The position numbers were made by a program, and so were the translations under genes. From an archaeon (lineage in GTDB: Archaea > Iainarchaeota > Iainarchaeia > Iainarchaeales > 1-14-0-10-31-34), in the NCBI GenBank assembly GCA_024277355.1, contig JAJRVL010000004.1, positions 150,001 to 182,000 on the forward strand: a stretch of DNA of 32,000 bases, read 5' to 3'. Each line of letters begins with the position of its first letter. Position 1 is the stretch's first letter. A model generated the notes under the pieces. It had not been told where the DNA came from, searched no databases, and was given only the letters and a program-made list of their open reading frames with translations. Positions 17,347 to 25,596 of this stretch are shown here, piece by piece.

Positions 17347-18549
17347 TTATTCTTCTCTTAGTGCTTCAACTGGCTCCATTAATGAAGCTCTTCTTGCAGG
17401 AATAAAACCTGAAATCATGCCGATTAAAAAAGCAAAAGCAAGCGAACCAAATAAAAGTAAAGGATTAAATTCAATTATTAAATTAATTCCAGAAGAACTT
17501 GCAATCATTCCTCCAATCAAAGCAATACTAAAACCAATAACATAACCAATAAATCCGCCGATTAAACCAATTACTCCTGATTCAACTAAAAATAAAGATA
17601 AAATAATTGTATTTGTTGCTCCTACTGCTTTCATAATTCCAATTTCCCTAGTCCTCTCCATTACAGCCATTAACATAGTATTCATAATTCCAATACCGCC
17701 AACAACCAAAGAAATTCCTGCAATAAAAACTAAAACCATTTGAATTAAACCTAAAATAGATAAAGCACTTTCCTGTATTTGAGATGCAGTCATTATCTGA
17801 AAGTCTTCTTTGCCGTGAGCTTTTTTTAATTCTTTTTTTATTCTTTCTTTTACTTCTGATACTTCTTTTTTGTTTACTGCTTTAGCAAAAATCCTAAAAG
17901 GAGTTAATTCTTCTCCTGTAATTTCTTCTAAGGTTTTATAATTAATTACTATAGCTGAATCAAATGCTGCTCCAAAAGATTGTCCTGCAGATTTAGTTAT
18001 TCCTACAACTCTTAAATAACTTCCATCTAAAACAAGTTTTTGTTTTAATTCTATTTCTGAATCAAATTTCTCTTCTGAAAATCTTTTTCCAATTAAAACA
18101 GAAAAAGAATCAGATGAAGTTAAATTTCTTCCTTCACCTATAGACAATAATCCTATGTCTTCAAGTAAATCCTGTTTTTTTGTATCAATTCCCACTAACA
18201 AAGCACTTTTTTTTTCTTCTTTAAATCCAACTGTCTGAGAAGCTAAAAATAATGGAGTAGCACTTTCAACTCCTTTTATTGCTTCAATTCTGTCAACATC
18301 TTTTTTTTCCAGTTTAGCAAAAACACTTGACATAAAACTTGAACCAGGCAGAATAATTAAAGTATTTGAACCCATTTTTTCAAATTCTTTTTCAACAGAT
18401 TTATTAAATCCATCTCCAATTGAAATTAATGCAACAACAGAACCAATTCCAATAATTATTCCTAATAAAGTAAGCAGGCTTCTGAATTTTTGTCTTTTCA
18501 GGTTTTCTGTTGCACGGGAAAATAATTCTAAATCCATTTTTTCACTCAA
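17347..18549 (-). CDS. ABC transporter permease, FtsX/MacB-like (paralogue 2)
   Basis: N-terminal TM helix, large periplasmic-type loop and a C-terminal FtsX domain (GIGIMNTMLMAVMERTREIGIMKAVGAT...PARRASLMEPVEALR). Confidence 0.88.
   Translation of the reverse strand: MSEKMDLELFSRATENLKRQKFRSLLTLLGIIIGIGSVVALISIGDGFNKSVEKEFEKMGSNTLIILPGSSFMSSVFAKLEKKDVDRIEAIKGVESATPLFLASQTVGFKEEKKSALLVGIDTKKQDLLEDIGLLSIGEGRNLTSSDSFSVLIGKRFSEEKFDSEIELKQKLVLDGSYLRVVGITKSAGQSFGAAFDSAIVINYKTLEEITGEELTPFRIFAKAVNKKEVSEVKERIKKELKKAHGKEDFQIMTASQIQESALSILGLIQMVLVFIAGISLVVGGIGIMNTMLMAVMERTREIGIMKAVGATNTIILSLFLVESGVIGLIGGFIGYVIGFSIALIGGMIASSSGINLIIEFNPLLLFGSLAFAFLIGMISGFIPARRASLMEPVEALREE
17577..17715. repeat. 139-bp perfect direct repeat, copy 1 (inside permease paralogue 2)
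   Basis: A base-by-base comparison shows it is identical to 18772..18910. Confidence 0.95.
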
Positions 18550-19738
18550 ACCTCAATGATTCAACCGGATCAAGATTAGCTGCTCTTTGTGCAGGAATCC
18601 AACCTGAAACCATTCCAACAATTAAAGAAAAAATTAATGCTCCTGCAATTAATTCAAGTGAAGGAAAAGCATTAAACGGAAAACCAGAGTAAGCTGCAGC
18701 AAAAGAAGCTAAAAAAGCAATTCCTATTCCAAGAAACACCCCTATAATTCCTCCAATTAATCCAATTAAAGCTGATTCAACTAAAAATAAAGATAAAATA
18801 ATTGTATTTGTTGCTCCTACTGCTTTCATAATTCCAATTTCCCTAGTCCTCTCCATTACAGCCATTAACATAGTATTCATAATTCCAATACCGCCAACAA
18901 CCAAAGAAATACCAGCAATAACAAAAACAACTAAACCGACTAAACTTAAAATTACATCTGCTCCTGCCAGTAAATTTTCTGAAGTCATAGTATAGAAGTC
19001 TTTTGTGCCGTGTTTTTTTTCTAATTCATAATCAATTTTTTCCTGTACTTTTTTTATTTTATCTGTGTCAGTTACAGTCACAATTAATTCAGTTGGTTTT
19101 TCTTCGCCAAAAAATTCTTTTACTATAGTGTCAGTAACTAAAATCATATTTGACGCACCAAAAGCAGACGCAAAAGTATTATCTTTGCTTATTGCAATTA
19201 CACGAAAAGTTTTTTCATTCATTTTAACATTTTCTTTTATTTGAACTTGCGTATCAAAAGTTTCTTCTGCAAAACTCTGGTATAAGCCGACAGAATACAT
19301 GTCATTTTTACTGAAAGTTCTTCCTTCAATTATTTTAACATAACCCATGTTTTCTAATAAATACATTTTATCTGGTTCCATTCCAATCAAAATGACTTCT
19401 GCTTCCTGTCCATTATATTCCATTATAGTCGAAGTCTCCCAAAAGCCGGTTGCATCTTCTACTCCAGGAATAGTTTTAATTAAATCCAAGTCATCCTGCG
19501 ATAAAGTTCTGGAAACAGCAGTTGAAATTCCCATATCTGAACCTGGTTCAACAAAAATAGTATCTAAACCTAAAGACTGCAGTTCACCTGAAATAAAAAA
19601 TTGTAACCCTTGAACTATTCCAATTAAAGAAACAATTGCTGCAATTCCAATTACAATTCCAAGCAAAGTTAAATAACTTCTTATTTTCTGGTTTCGAATA
19701 TTTTTGAAGGCAACCGAAAAAGTTTCCAAATCAACCAT
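18542..19738 (-). CDS. ABC transporter permease, FtsX/MacB-like (paralogue 1)
   Basis: Same architecture as 17347..18549. It overlaps the downstream paralogue by 8 nt. Confidence 0.88.
   Translation of the reverse strand: MVDLETFSVAFKNIRNQKIRSYLTLLGIVIGIAAIVSLIGIVQGLQFFISGELQSLGLDTIFVEPGSDMGISTAVSRTLSQDDLDLIKTIPGVEDATGFWETSTIMEYNGQEAEVILIGMEPDKMYLLENMGYVKIIEGRTFSKNDMYSVGLYQSFAEETFDTQVQIKENVKMNEKTFRVIAISKDNTFASAFGASNMILVTDTIVKEFFGEEKPTELIVTVTDTDKIKKVQEKIDYELEKKHGTKDFYTMTSENLLAGADVILSLVGLVVFVIAGISLVVGGIGIMNTMLMAVMERTREIGIMKAVGATNTIILSLFLVESALIGLIGGIIGVFLGIGIAFLASFAAAYSGFPFNAFPSLELIAGALIFSLIVGMVSGWIPAQRAANLDPVESLRFE
18772..18910. repeat. 139-bp perfect direct repeat, copy 2 (inside permease paralogue 1)
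   Basis: Identical to 17577..17715. The flanking codons encode the same residues (AGIS) with different codons. Confidence 0.95.
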
Positions 19739-19754
19739 GATTTAAAAACTCCTT

Positions 19755-20954
19755 TCACTTACTTTTTTTTATGAATTTAAAGTAAATTTTTTTGCCGGCA
19801 AAATAAACTACAATTAAAACAACAATATAAAACCATAAATTGAATTCTCCTGATGAAGCTTCAGCTGAATTAAAGACTTTTAAAGTCAAAAATTTTGTTG
19901 TTGTTTTTTGTATGCCATATTTGTCTTTGTAATTAAATTCAATTTTAATTAAATAGTCTCCTGTTTTTATGTTTGAATTTAATTTTAAGTTTTCTTTAAA
20001 GGAATCAAAGTCATCTGCATTCATTGTTCCAATAAAATGCTTTGAATTATCAAATACTCCGATATCAGTTGAAATTACTGCAACAACAGATTTAGCGTCT
20101 CCAATGCCTGTATTAAATAAATCAAAAGTTAATTCTGTTTTTCCTCCGGGAAAAGCTCTTGGTTCAGCATTACTTATAACTGAATCTAATTCAGCGTTTT
20201 CAGTTACTTTAATTCCAATATATTTAGTTTGAGTATAATCAGTTAATTCTTCGTCTTTTAATTTAATTGTAATTGGAACCATATAAGTCTGCTGTTCTGC
20301 TTCAGGATTAACTCCTAATAAAATTGAAACCGTTTTTTGTTCTCCTGCTTTTAATTCACTTAAATAAACAAAAGAACTTCCTAACTGCTTTAATTCTCTT
20401 TCAACTACTATTCCAGTTGAAGTAACAGTTCTGTCTTCTTGGCTTCCAATTAAAACATCTAATGCTTTGCCTGAACCAATATTTCTTAAATCTAATTTAA
20501 CTTCAACGGTTTCTCCAGGAGAAATTTCAATTGGAGAAACAGAAATTATTTCAATTTGAGGATTAATTTTTTTTACATCAATTGTATAAGGAAAACTGCT
20601 TCCTAATTCTCCTTGTTCTGTTGCTTCTAATCTTAAAGTATAACTTCCATTTAATGCTCCTGAATCCACTCTTACAGTATATTTCACTAAAGTTCTTTGA
20701 TAAGCTTTAATTGTTCCTAATTCTTTTTCTGAATTAACTCCAGGATTCAAAGAAAAAGGATAATCTAAATCCAAATTAAAAACAACATCTTTTGAATCTG
20801 CTCCTGAAGTATTTTTTACTACAACCCATAACTCAAAAGAATCCCCAGGCATAACCGGAGAAGGAGAATAAGTAACAGAATTCATATCTAAATTAACTGC
20901 ACTGACAGTTACAGCAAAAGCCAAAACAAAAAAAATTAATCCAAGTTTTTTCAT
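19755..20954 (-). CDS. Surface protein with repeated CARDB/COG1361-like beta-sandwich domains, signal peptide and C-terminal TM anchor
   Basis: N-terminal MKKLGLIFFVLAFAVTVSA, repeated 'PGE/D..E..v.l.N.G...a.dv' blocks, and C-terminal WFYIVVLIVVYFAGKKIYFKF. It lies in an operon with the ABC genes, a common archaeal arrangement. Confidence 0.65.
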   Translation of the reverse strand: MKKLGLIFFVLAFAVTVSAVNLDMNSVTYSPSPVMPGDSFELWVVVKNTSGADSKDVVFNLDLDYPFSLNPGVNSEKELGTIKAYQRTLVKYTVRVDSGALNGSYTLRLEATEQGELGSSFPYTIDVKKINPQIEIISVSPIEISPGETVEVKLDLRNIGSGKALDVLIGSQEDRTVTSTGIVVERELKQLGSSFVYLSELKAGEQKTVSILLGVNPEAEQQTYMVPITIKLKDEELTDYTQTKYIGIKVTENAELDSVISNAEPRAFPGGKTELTFDLFNTGIGDAKSVVAVISTDIGVFDNSKHFIGTMNADDFDSFKENLKLNSNIKTGDYLIKIEFNYKDKYGIQKTTTKFLTLKVFNSAEASSGEFNLWFYIVVLIVVYFAGKKIYFKFIKKSK

Positions 20955-21045
20955 TTAAATTACACCTCTTATAAAAAAATATTTAAATTAAAAATTACAC
21001 TTCTATAATAATTAACAATATTTAATTTAAAAATTAATCATTTAT

Positions 21046-21768
21046 TTATTTAACGCTTTTTTCAGTTATTTTCTTTTTTTTTAGTGTTTCATTATGAATT
21101 ATTTTTCCGTCTTTTAAATGAATTATTCTTTCAGCATGATCTGCAATTTCTCTTTCATGAGTAACCATTAAAATTGTTTTTCCTTTTTTGTCATGCAGTT
21201 CATTAATTAATTCCATTATTTGTTTTCCTGAAACAGAATCAAGGTTTCCTGTTGGTTCATCTGCAACAATAATATCAGGGTTAACTGCTAAGGCTCTTGC
21301 AATAGCAACCCTCTGCCTTTGTCCTCCAGATAATTCAGTGGGCCTGTGATGCATTCTGTCAGCTAAACCAACATCAGTTAATATTTCTTCAGATATTTTT
21401 TCTCTTTTATTTTTTGGAATGCCTTGAAACCATAAAGGCATCATAACATTTTCTTTTGCAGTTAAACGATTAATTAAATTAAATGTCTGAAAAACAAAAC
21501 CAATAGTTCTTCCCCTGATTAAAGCTAATTCATTATCATTCATTTTAGAAATAGGTTTTTTGTTTATGAAAACTTCCCCTGAAGTAGGCCTTAACAAAAC
21601 ACTTAAAACATCAAGTAAAGTAGTTTTTCCGCTTCCACTTGGACCCATTATTGCAACAAATTCCTGTTTTTTTAATTCAAAACTTACGTCATCTAATGCA
21701 TTAAGTTTTGTTTCACCCATAACATAAGTTTTCACAATATTTTTTGCATCAATAATAATTTCACTCAT
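21046..21768 (-). CDS. ABC transporter ATP-binding protein (MacB/LolD-like)
   Basis: Walker A GPSGSGKTT, signature LSGGQRQR, Walker B IIVADEPT, H-loop VTHE. Start set at MSEIIID (21768). Confidence 0.92.
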   Translation of the reverse strand: MSEIIIDAKNIVKTYVMGETKLNALDDVSFELKKQEFVAIMGPSGSGKTTLLDVLSVLLRPTSGEVFINKKPISKMNDNELALIRGRTIGFVFQTFNLINRLTAKENVMMPLWFQGIPKNKREKISEEILTDVGLADRMHHRPTELSGGQRQRVAIARALAVNPDIIVADEPTGNLDSVSGKQIMELINELHDKKGKTILMVTHEREIADHAERIIHLKDGKIIHNETLKKKKITEKSVK

Positions 21769-21900
21769 AACATAAAAAAACAGAATCAAATAATTTAAAT
21801 AACAATTGATTAAAAAAGAAAAAAAGAATTAAAACTAACTTATTCTTCAACGTAATTAATTCCCCCTCAATTCTCCCTGAAAAGTTCTGACACACAAAAT

Positions 21901-21935
21901 TATTTAAAATGAATGCAACGACAAACGACGAAAAG
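21901..21935. repeat. Recurrent intergenic motif, copy B (tatttaaaAtgaatgcaacgacaaacgacgaaaag)
   Basis: 24/25 identical to 13668..13692. It lies in the divergent region between the ABC ATPase gene and the gene at 21980. Confidence 0.8.
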
Positions 21936-21948
21936 GGATTAGGAAAGC

Positions 21949-21956
21949 TTAAATAT
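21949..21956 (+). promoter_or_regulatory. Archaeal TATA box (ttaaatat) with BRE-like 'gaaagc'
   Basis: The ATG at 21980 lies 24 nt downstream. Confidence 0.45.
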
Positions 21957-21979
21957 TAGTTATTTCATACTATTGTTTT

Positions 21980-22300
21980 ATGGATTTGAAAGAATTTTTT
22001 AGACCAGCTAAAAATACTTGGATTATTTTTTTAATATTTGCTGTTTTAGCAATTATAGATTTTTATTTTAGCTTAGGAGTTGAGGTTTTTTCTGAATCTG
22101 GAAACTATTTTATAGGTGGTCAATTAAATCATGAGATAGCCAATATTTTGTTTTTTCCAGTAATCTTTTTGTTTGATTTATTTGGAATTCAGTTTTTTGA
22201 TAAATGGTATTTAATAATTATGTTCACAATTGGATTTGCTTATTTGTGGGTTATTTCCTGTTTGATAAGTTTTCTGTGGAATAAATTTAAACAAAGATAA
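21980..22300 (+). CDS. Small membrane protein (about 3 TM helices), unknown function
   Basis: 106 aa with hydrophobic segments WIIFLIFAVLAIIDFYF, ILFFPVIFLFDLF and LIIMFTIGFAYLWVISCLISFL. Confidence 0.5.
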   Translation: MDLKEFFRPAKNTWIIFLIFAVLAIIDFYFSLGVEVFSESGNYFIGGQLNHEIANILFFPVIFLFDLFGIQFFDKWYLIIMFTIGFAYLWVISCLISFLWNKFKQR

Positions 22301-22322
22301 AAAAAATATTAAATTAATCTGT

Positions 22323-22340
22323 ACGACAAAAAACGAAAAG
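22323..22340. repeat. Recurrent intergenic motif, copy C (acgacaaaaaacgaaaag)
   Basis: The 15-mer is identical to 13685..13699 and sits directly upstream of the BRE/TATA of the lipoprotein gene at 22376. Confidence 0.7.
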
Positions 22341-22346
22341 AAAAGC

Positions 22347-22357
22347 TTTTATATAAA
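22347..22357 (+). promoter_or_regulatory. Archaeal TATA box (ttttatataaa) with BRE-like 'aaaagc'
   Basis: The GTG start at 22376 lies about 20-25 nt downstream. Confidence 0.4.
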
Positions 22358-22375
22358 GAGTTTATAAGTAATATT

Positions 22376-22795
22376 GTGAACAAAAAAACAATTCTAATAA
22401 TAATTTTATTTTTGTCAGTTTTATTTAGTGGCTGTACTCAAAAGTTAACTGAACAACAATTAGAAGAGAAAGCAAAAGAAGAATTTTATGAACTTGAAGA
22501 TGCAGATGTGTTTGGAGTTTATTTTAAGGCATCTGATTTCATTTTAGGAAAAAGCGAAATTCTTTTCCCACAAGAAATTAAATTATTTGATTTTGAATGC
22601 AAAGGAGCCCTTTCAGGAAATTGTTTAATGACTGAAAATGAATTTTATTCCTTAAATGAAAAAGTTCATATATATAATTTTCAACTAAAAGAAGAAACAA
22701 AACGGGATGACAGAACTATGTGGGGAAAAGTAATACTAAAAAACAATGGCGAAGTAATAGCCAAATATATTAACGGACTAGAACACTTTATCTAA
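22376..22795 (+). CDS. Small lipoprotein, unknown function
   Basis: Signal peptide plus lipobox ILIIILFLSVLFSGC. 139 aa, GTG start. Confidence 0.55.
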   Translation: MNKKTILIIILFLSVLFSGCTQKLTEQQLEEKAKEEFYELEDADVFGVYFKASDFILGKSEILFPQEIKLFDFECKGALSGNCLMTENEFYSLNEKVHIYNFQLKEETKRDDRTMWGKVILKNNGEVIAKYINGLEHFI

Positions 22796-22863
22796 ACAAT
22801 GAAAACTTATATGCGAAAATTTTACAAAATAGTTCCAAGTCAAAGAATAAATAAAACGTTCGT

Positions 22864-22872
22864 TTTATATAT
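22864..22872 (+). promoter_or_regulatory. Archaeal TATA box (tttatatat) for the nucleotidyltransferase/HEPN operon
   Basis: The ATG at 22894 lies about 22 nt downstream. Confidence 0.4.
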
Positions 22873-22893
22873 TGAACGATAGTTTGTTTTATT

Positions 22894-23433
22894 ATGTTAT
22901 ATAACTGGAATAAATTCAAAGGATGGAAAATACTTGAATTTTTTCTACGAAGCCCTGAGAAAATTCATGTAAAAGGACTGGCAAAAAAACTTAAAATCAG
23001 TTCAGGAACCTCTCAGAAATATCTTTTGGAATACGAAAAACAGGGAATTTTAGAGAAAGAAAGAACAGCTAATGTTTTAAGTTATTCACTGAAAGAAACT
23101 CCTTTAACTCTTGAATTAAAAAAAACGTTTTTTATTTCAAAAATAATGCATTTTATTGAAAAATTTCAGAAAGACAATCCTTTTGTTGTTTCTTTAGTAT
23201 TATACGGAAGCCATGCAAAAGGAACTTTTGACAAAAAAAGCGATATTGATTTAATTGCAGTAAGTCAAGAAAAAAAATTAAAGTTGAATTCAATAAAAAA
23301 AATGGAAGAAAAAACACTAAAAGAAGCAAGAATGCAAATTTTTACTTTAACTGAATGGAAAAAACAGTCAAAAGAAAGTTTTGGTTTAGCAGTATCAAAA
23401 AACAACATTTTATTGCTTGGAGAATTACTGTGA
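22894..23433 (+). CDS. wHTH-fused minimal nucleotidyltransferase (MNT-type; putative antitoxin of a HEPN/MNT pair)
   Basis: N-terminal wHTH (VKGLAKKLKISSGTSQKYLLEYEKQGIL), then the pol-beta NTase motif LYGSHAKGTFDKKSDIDL. Confidence 0.75.
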   Translation: MLYNWNKFKGWKILEFFLRSPEKIHVKGLAKKLKISSGTSQKYLLEYEKQGILEKERTANVLSYSLKETPLTLELKKTFFISKIMHFIEKFQKDNPFVVSLVLYGSHAKGTFDKKSDIDLIAVSQEKKLKLNSIKKMEEKTLKEARMQIFTLTEWKKQSKESFGLAVSKNNILLLGELL

Positions 23434-23870
23434 AAATAAAAGCATTAATTGAAAAAGGCTTATTAATTAAAAATAAGTCAAGCAAACATGAAATTTCAGG
23501 TTCAATAACAATAGCAGAAAAATTTATTGAAAAAGCAAAAGGAAACCAAAAAATAGAATATTTCGATGTAGCTTTTAGTCTTGCGTACCAATCAATATTT
23601 CATTCAATAAGAGCATTATTATTCAAAAACAACTTAAAAGAAAGAAGCCATTCAGCAATGATTACTGCAGTAAAAGAAATATATAAAGAAAAAAATAATT
23701 TAACAGAATTACTGCAGACAGCAGATTCTTACAGAATTACAAGACACGCAATACAATATATTGGAGCAGGCTGTACAAAAGAAGATTCACAAGAAGCAAT
23801 AAAAGATGCAGAAAAACTAATTGATGAAATTGAATTAATTTTATACAGCAAAAACAAAAAAATTAATTAA
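23430..23870 (+). CDS. HEPN domain protein (putative toxin partner of the MNT)
   Basis: All-helical pattern, AFSLAYQSIFHSIRALLF...ERSHSAMI...YRITRHAIQY (R..a.Y motif of PF05168-type HEPN). I place the start at the GTG at 23430, which overlaps the upstream TGA as GTGA. The ORF-track ATG at 23355 would overlap the NTase gene by 79 nt. Confidence 0.65.
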   Translation: MKIKALIEKGLLIKNKSSKHEISGSITIAEKFIEKAKGNQKIEYFDVAFSLAYQSIFHSIRALLFKNNLKERSHSAMITAVKEIYKEKNNLTELLQTADSYRITRHAIQYIGAGCTKEDSQEAIKDAEKLIDEIELILYSKNKKIN

Positions 23871-23947
23871 TTAAAAATTAACCTGAACGGTTAATTTAAA
23901 TAATTTTTGAATACATAATTTGTTTTTCAGTTAAAAAAAGTGAAAGA

Positions 23948-25480
23948 ATGCAAAAAGACTATTTAATTAAAAAAATAAAAGAAAACTGTGAATTAATTGT
24001 TAATCCTTCTCCTGAAGAATTAAGGGAAATGGCTAAAGACAAAGAAACTACAACTGAATTTGGTTCTGCTTCTTATGTTTCAAAAATAAGGAACAGAAGT
24101 GCAAAAAAAACTTTTATGGTGCCTGAAGTTGAATTAGGATTAAAACAAAAAAAAATAGAAGAAAAAAACGCAGAAGAATTAGCAGAAAAAGTATTAGATT
24201 ACTTAAAAGACAAAAAATTAATTCAAATGGATAAAACAATGTGCAATAATCCAGAATACGAATTAGCATGCAGATTATATACAACAAAAGAAAACGCAAA
24301 ACTTCCTTTTATGTGGAATTATATGCTGTTTCCAAAAAAAAAAGATTCACCTGATTTAATTAGCATTCATGTTCCTGAATGGAATGAAACTAAAATTTTT
24401 TGTTATCCAAAACAAGGAATAACTTTTTGTTTAGGAACAGATTATTTTGGAGAAGTAAAAAAATCTTTTTTAAGAATGACAATGTTTAATCATAAAATTA
24501 ATTCAAAAGGATTAGGTTTTCATGCAGGAAGCAAATGCATTTCAATTAAAGACAAAAACGGAAAACTAAAAGACGCAGGATTTATTATGTTTGGCTTAAG
24601 CGGAACAGGAAAAACAACTTTAACAATTCATTCTCATGGATTAGAAGAAAATCAAGTCAGCATAAGGCAGGATGACGTATTATTAATGGATGAAAAAGGA
24701 TTTTGTGCTGGAACAGAATTTGGTTTTTTTATTAAAACAGAAGGATTAGATGAAAGCCAGAAAGTTTTATTTGAAGCCGCAACAAAACCAACCGCAATAT
24801 TTGAAAACATTAAAGTAAAAGAAAACGGAAAAGTTGACTTTGATGACTTTGAATTAACTTCAAATGGAAGAGGAGTTTTACCTAGAAATTCAGTTAAAGG
24901 AGCAGGAAAAACAGTTGATTTGCATAAAGCAGATAAAATAATTTTTATTACTAGAAGAGAAGACATTGTTCCTGTAATAGCAAAATTAAACACAGAACAA
25001 GCTGCTGCTTTTTTTATGTTAGGGGAAAGCATTGAAACTTCAGCAGGAGATCCAGCTAAAGCAGGACAATCAAAAAGAGTAGTTGGAACAAATCCTTTTA
25101 TTATAGGAAAAGAAGAAAAAGAAGGAAACAGGTTATATGAAATATTAAAAGCCAATCCAGATATTGAATGTTTTTTAATGAATACAGGCGGAATTGGAAG
25201 AACTGGTTTTGGAAAAGGAAAAGACATTTCAATTAAATTATCCACTCAAATCATGAAGTTTATTGCTCAAAACAGAATTGAATGGAAAGAATCAAGAAAC
25301 TGGGGTTATTTGGTTCCAAAAGAAATTGAAGGATTTGATTTTGAACAATTTGAACCTTCAAGATATTATTCAGAAAAAGAATACAATGAAAAAGTAGAAA
25401 AACTAAAACAAGAAAGAAAAGAATGGTTAGCTCAGTTTCCTAAATTAAAAAAAGAAATAATTGAAGCTATTTACAAATGA
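23948..25480 (+). CDS. pckA: Phosphoenolpyruvate carboxykinase (ATP-dependent)
   Basis: Kinase-1a GLSGTGKTTL, IRQDDVLLMDEKG, NTGGIGR and an overall length typical of PckA. Confidence 0.88.
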   Translation: MQKDYLIKKIKENCELIVNPSPEELREMAKDKETTTEFGSASYVSKIRNRSAKKTFMVPEVELGLKQKKIEEKNAEELAEKVLDYLKDKKLIQMDKTMCNNPEYELACRLYTTKENAKLPFMWNYMLFPKKKDSPDLISIHVPEWNETKIFCYPKQGITFCLGTDYFGEVKKSFLRMTMFNHKINSKGLGFHAGSKCISIKDKNGKLKDAGFIMFGLSGTGKTTLTIHSHGLEENQVSIRQDDVLLMDEKGFCAGTEFGFFIKTEGLDESQKVLFEAATKPTAIFENIKVKENGKVDFDDFELTSNGRGVLPRNSVKGAGKTVDLHKADKIIFITRREDIVPVIAKLNTEQAAAFFMLGESIETSAGDPAKAGQSKRVVGTNPFIIGKEEKEGNRLYEILKANPDIECFLMNTGGIGRTGFGKGKDISIKLSTQIMKFIAQNRIEWKESRNWGYLVPKEIEGFDFEQFEPSRYYSEKEYNEKVEKLKQERKEWLAQFPKLKKEIIEAIYK

Positions 25481-25596
25481 ATTTAAGAAATAAAAAAAAA
25501 AATAAATTTTAAAAAAAAGAAAATAAACAAAATAAATGAATTTTTAAATAATTGCTTAAAGTAATTTAATCATAAAACTTTATTTGAGGGGAAAAA

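Noticed and set aside
2853-20232. Short antisense ORFs: 2853..3053, 5203..5610, 5312..5572, 8108..8296, 8307..8489, 8742..8975, 10816..11022, 11801..11992, 12797..12985, 12801..13028, 16914..17102, 17087..17290, 17321..17545, 18510..18692, 19347..19613, 19969..20232. The same applies to 24114..24299.
   Set aside because: All lie fully inside confidently assigned genes on the other strand. They have F/L/I/K-rich, AT-driven composition and lack promoter context.
13677-21951. Reading the recurrent motif as a conserved micro-ORF (xNATTKNED* / MNATTNDEKGLGKLKY*)
   Set aside because: The third copy (22323..22337) is in a different frame relative to its possible reading frame, and the two peptides diverge right after the motif. 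Conservation is at the nucleotide level.
24652-25245. 197-aa ORF antisense to pckA
   Set aside because: Same logic: the plus strand carries clear PckA motifs, and the antisense product has no features.
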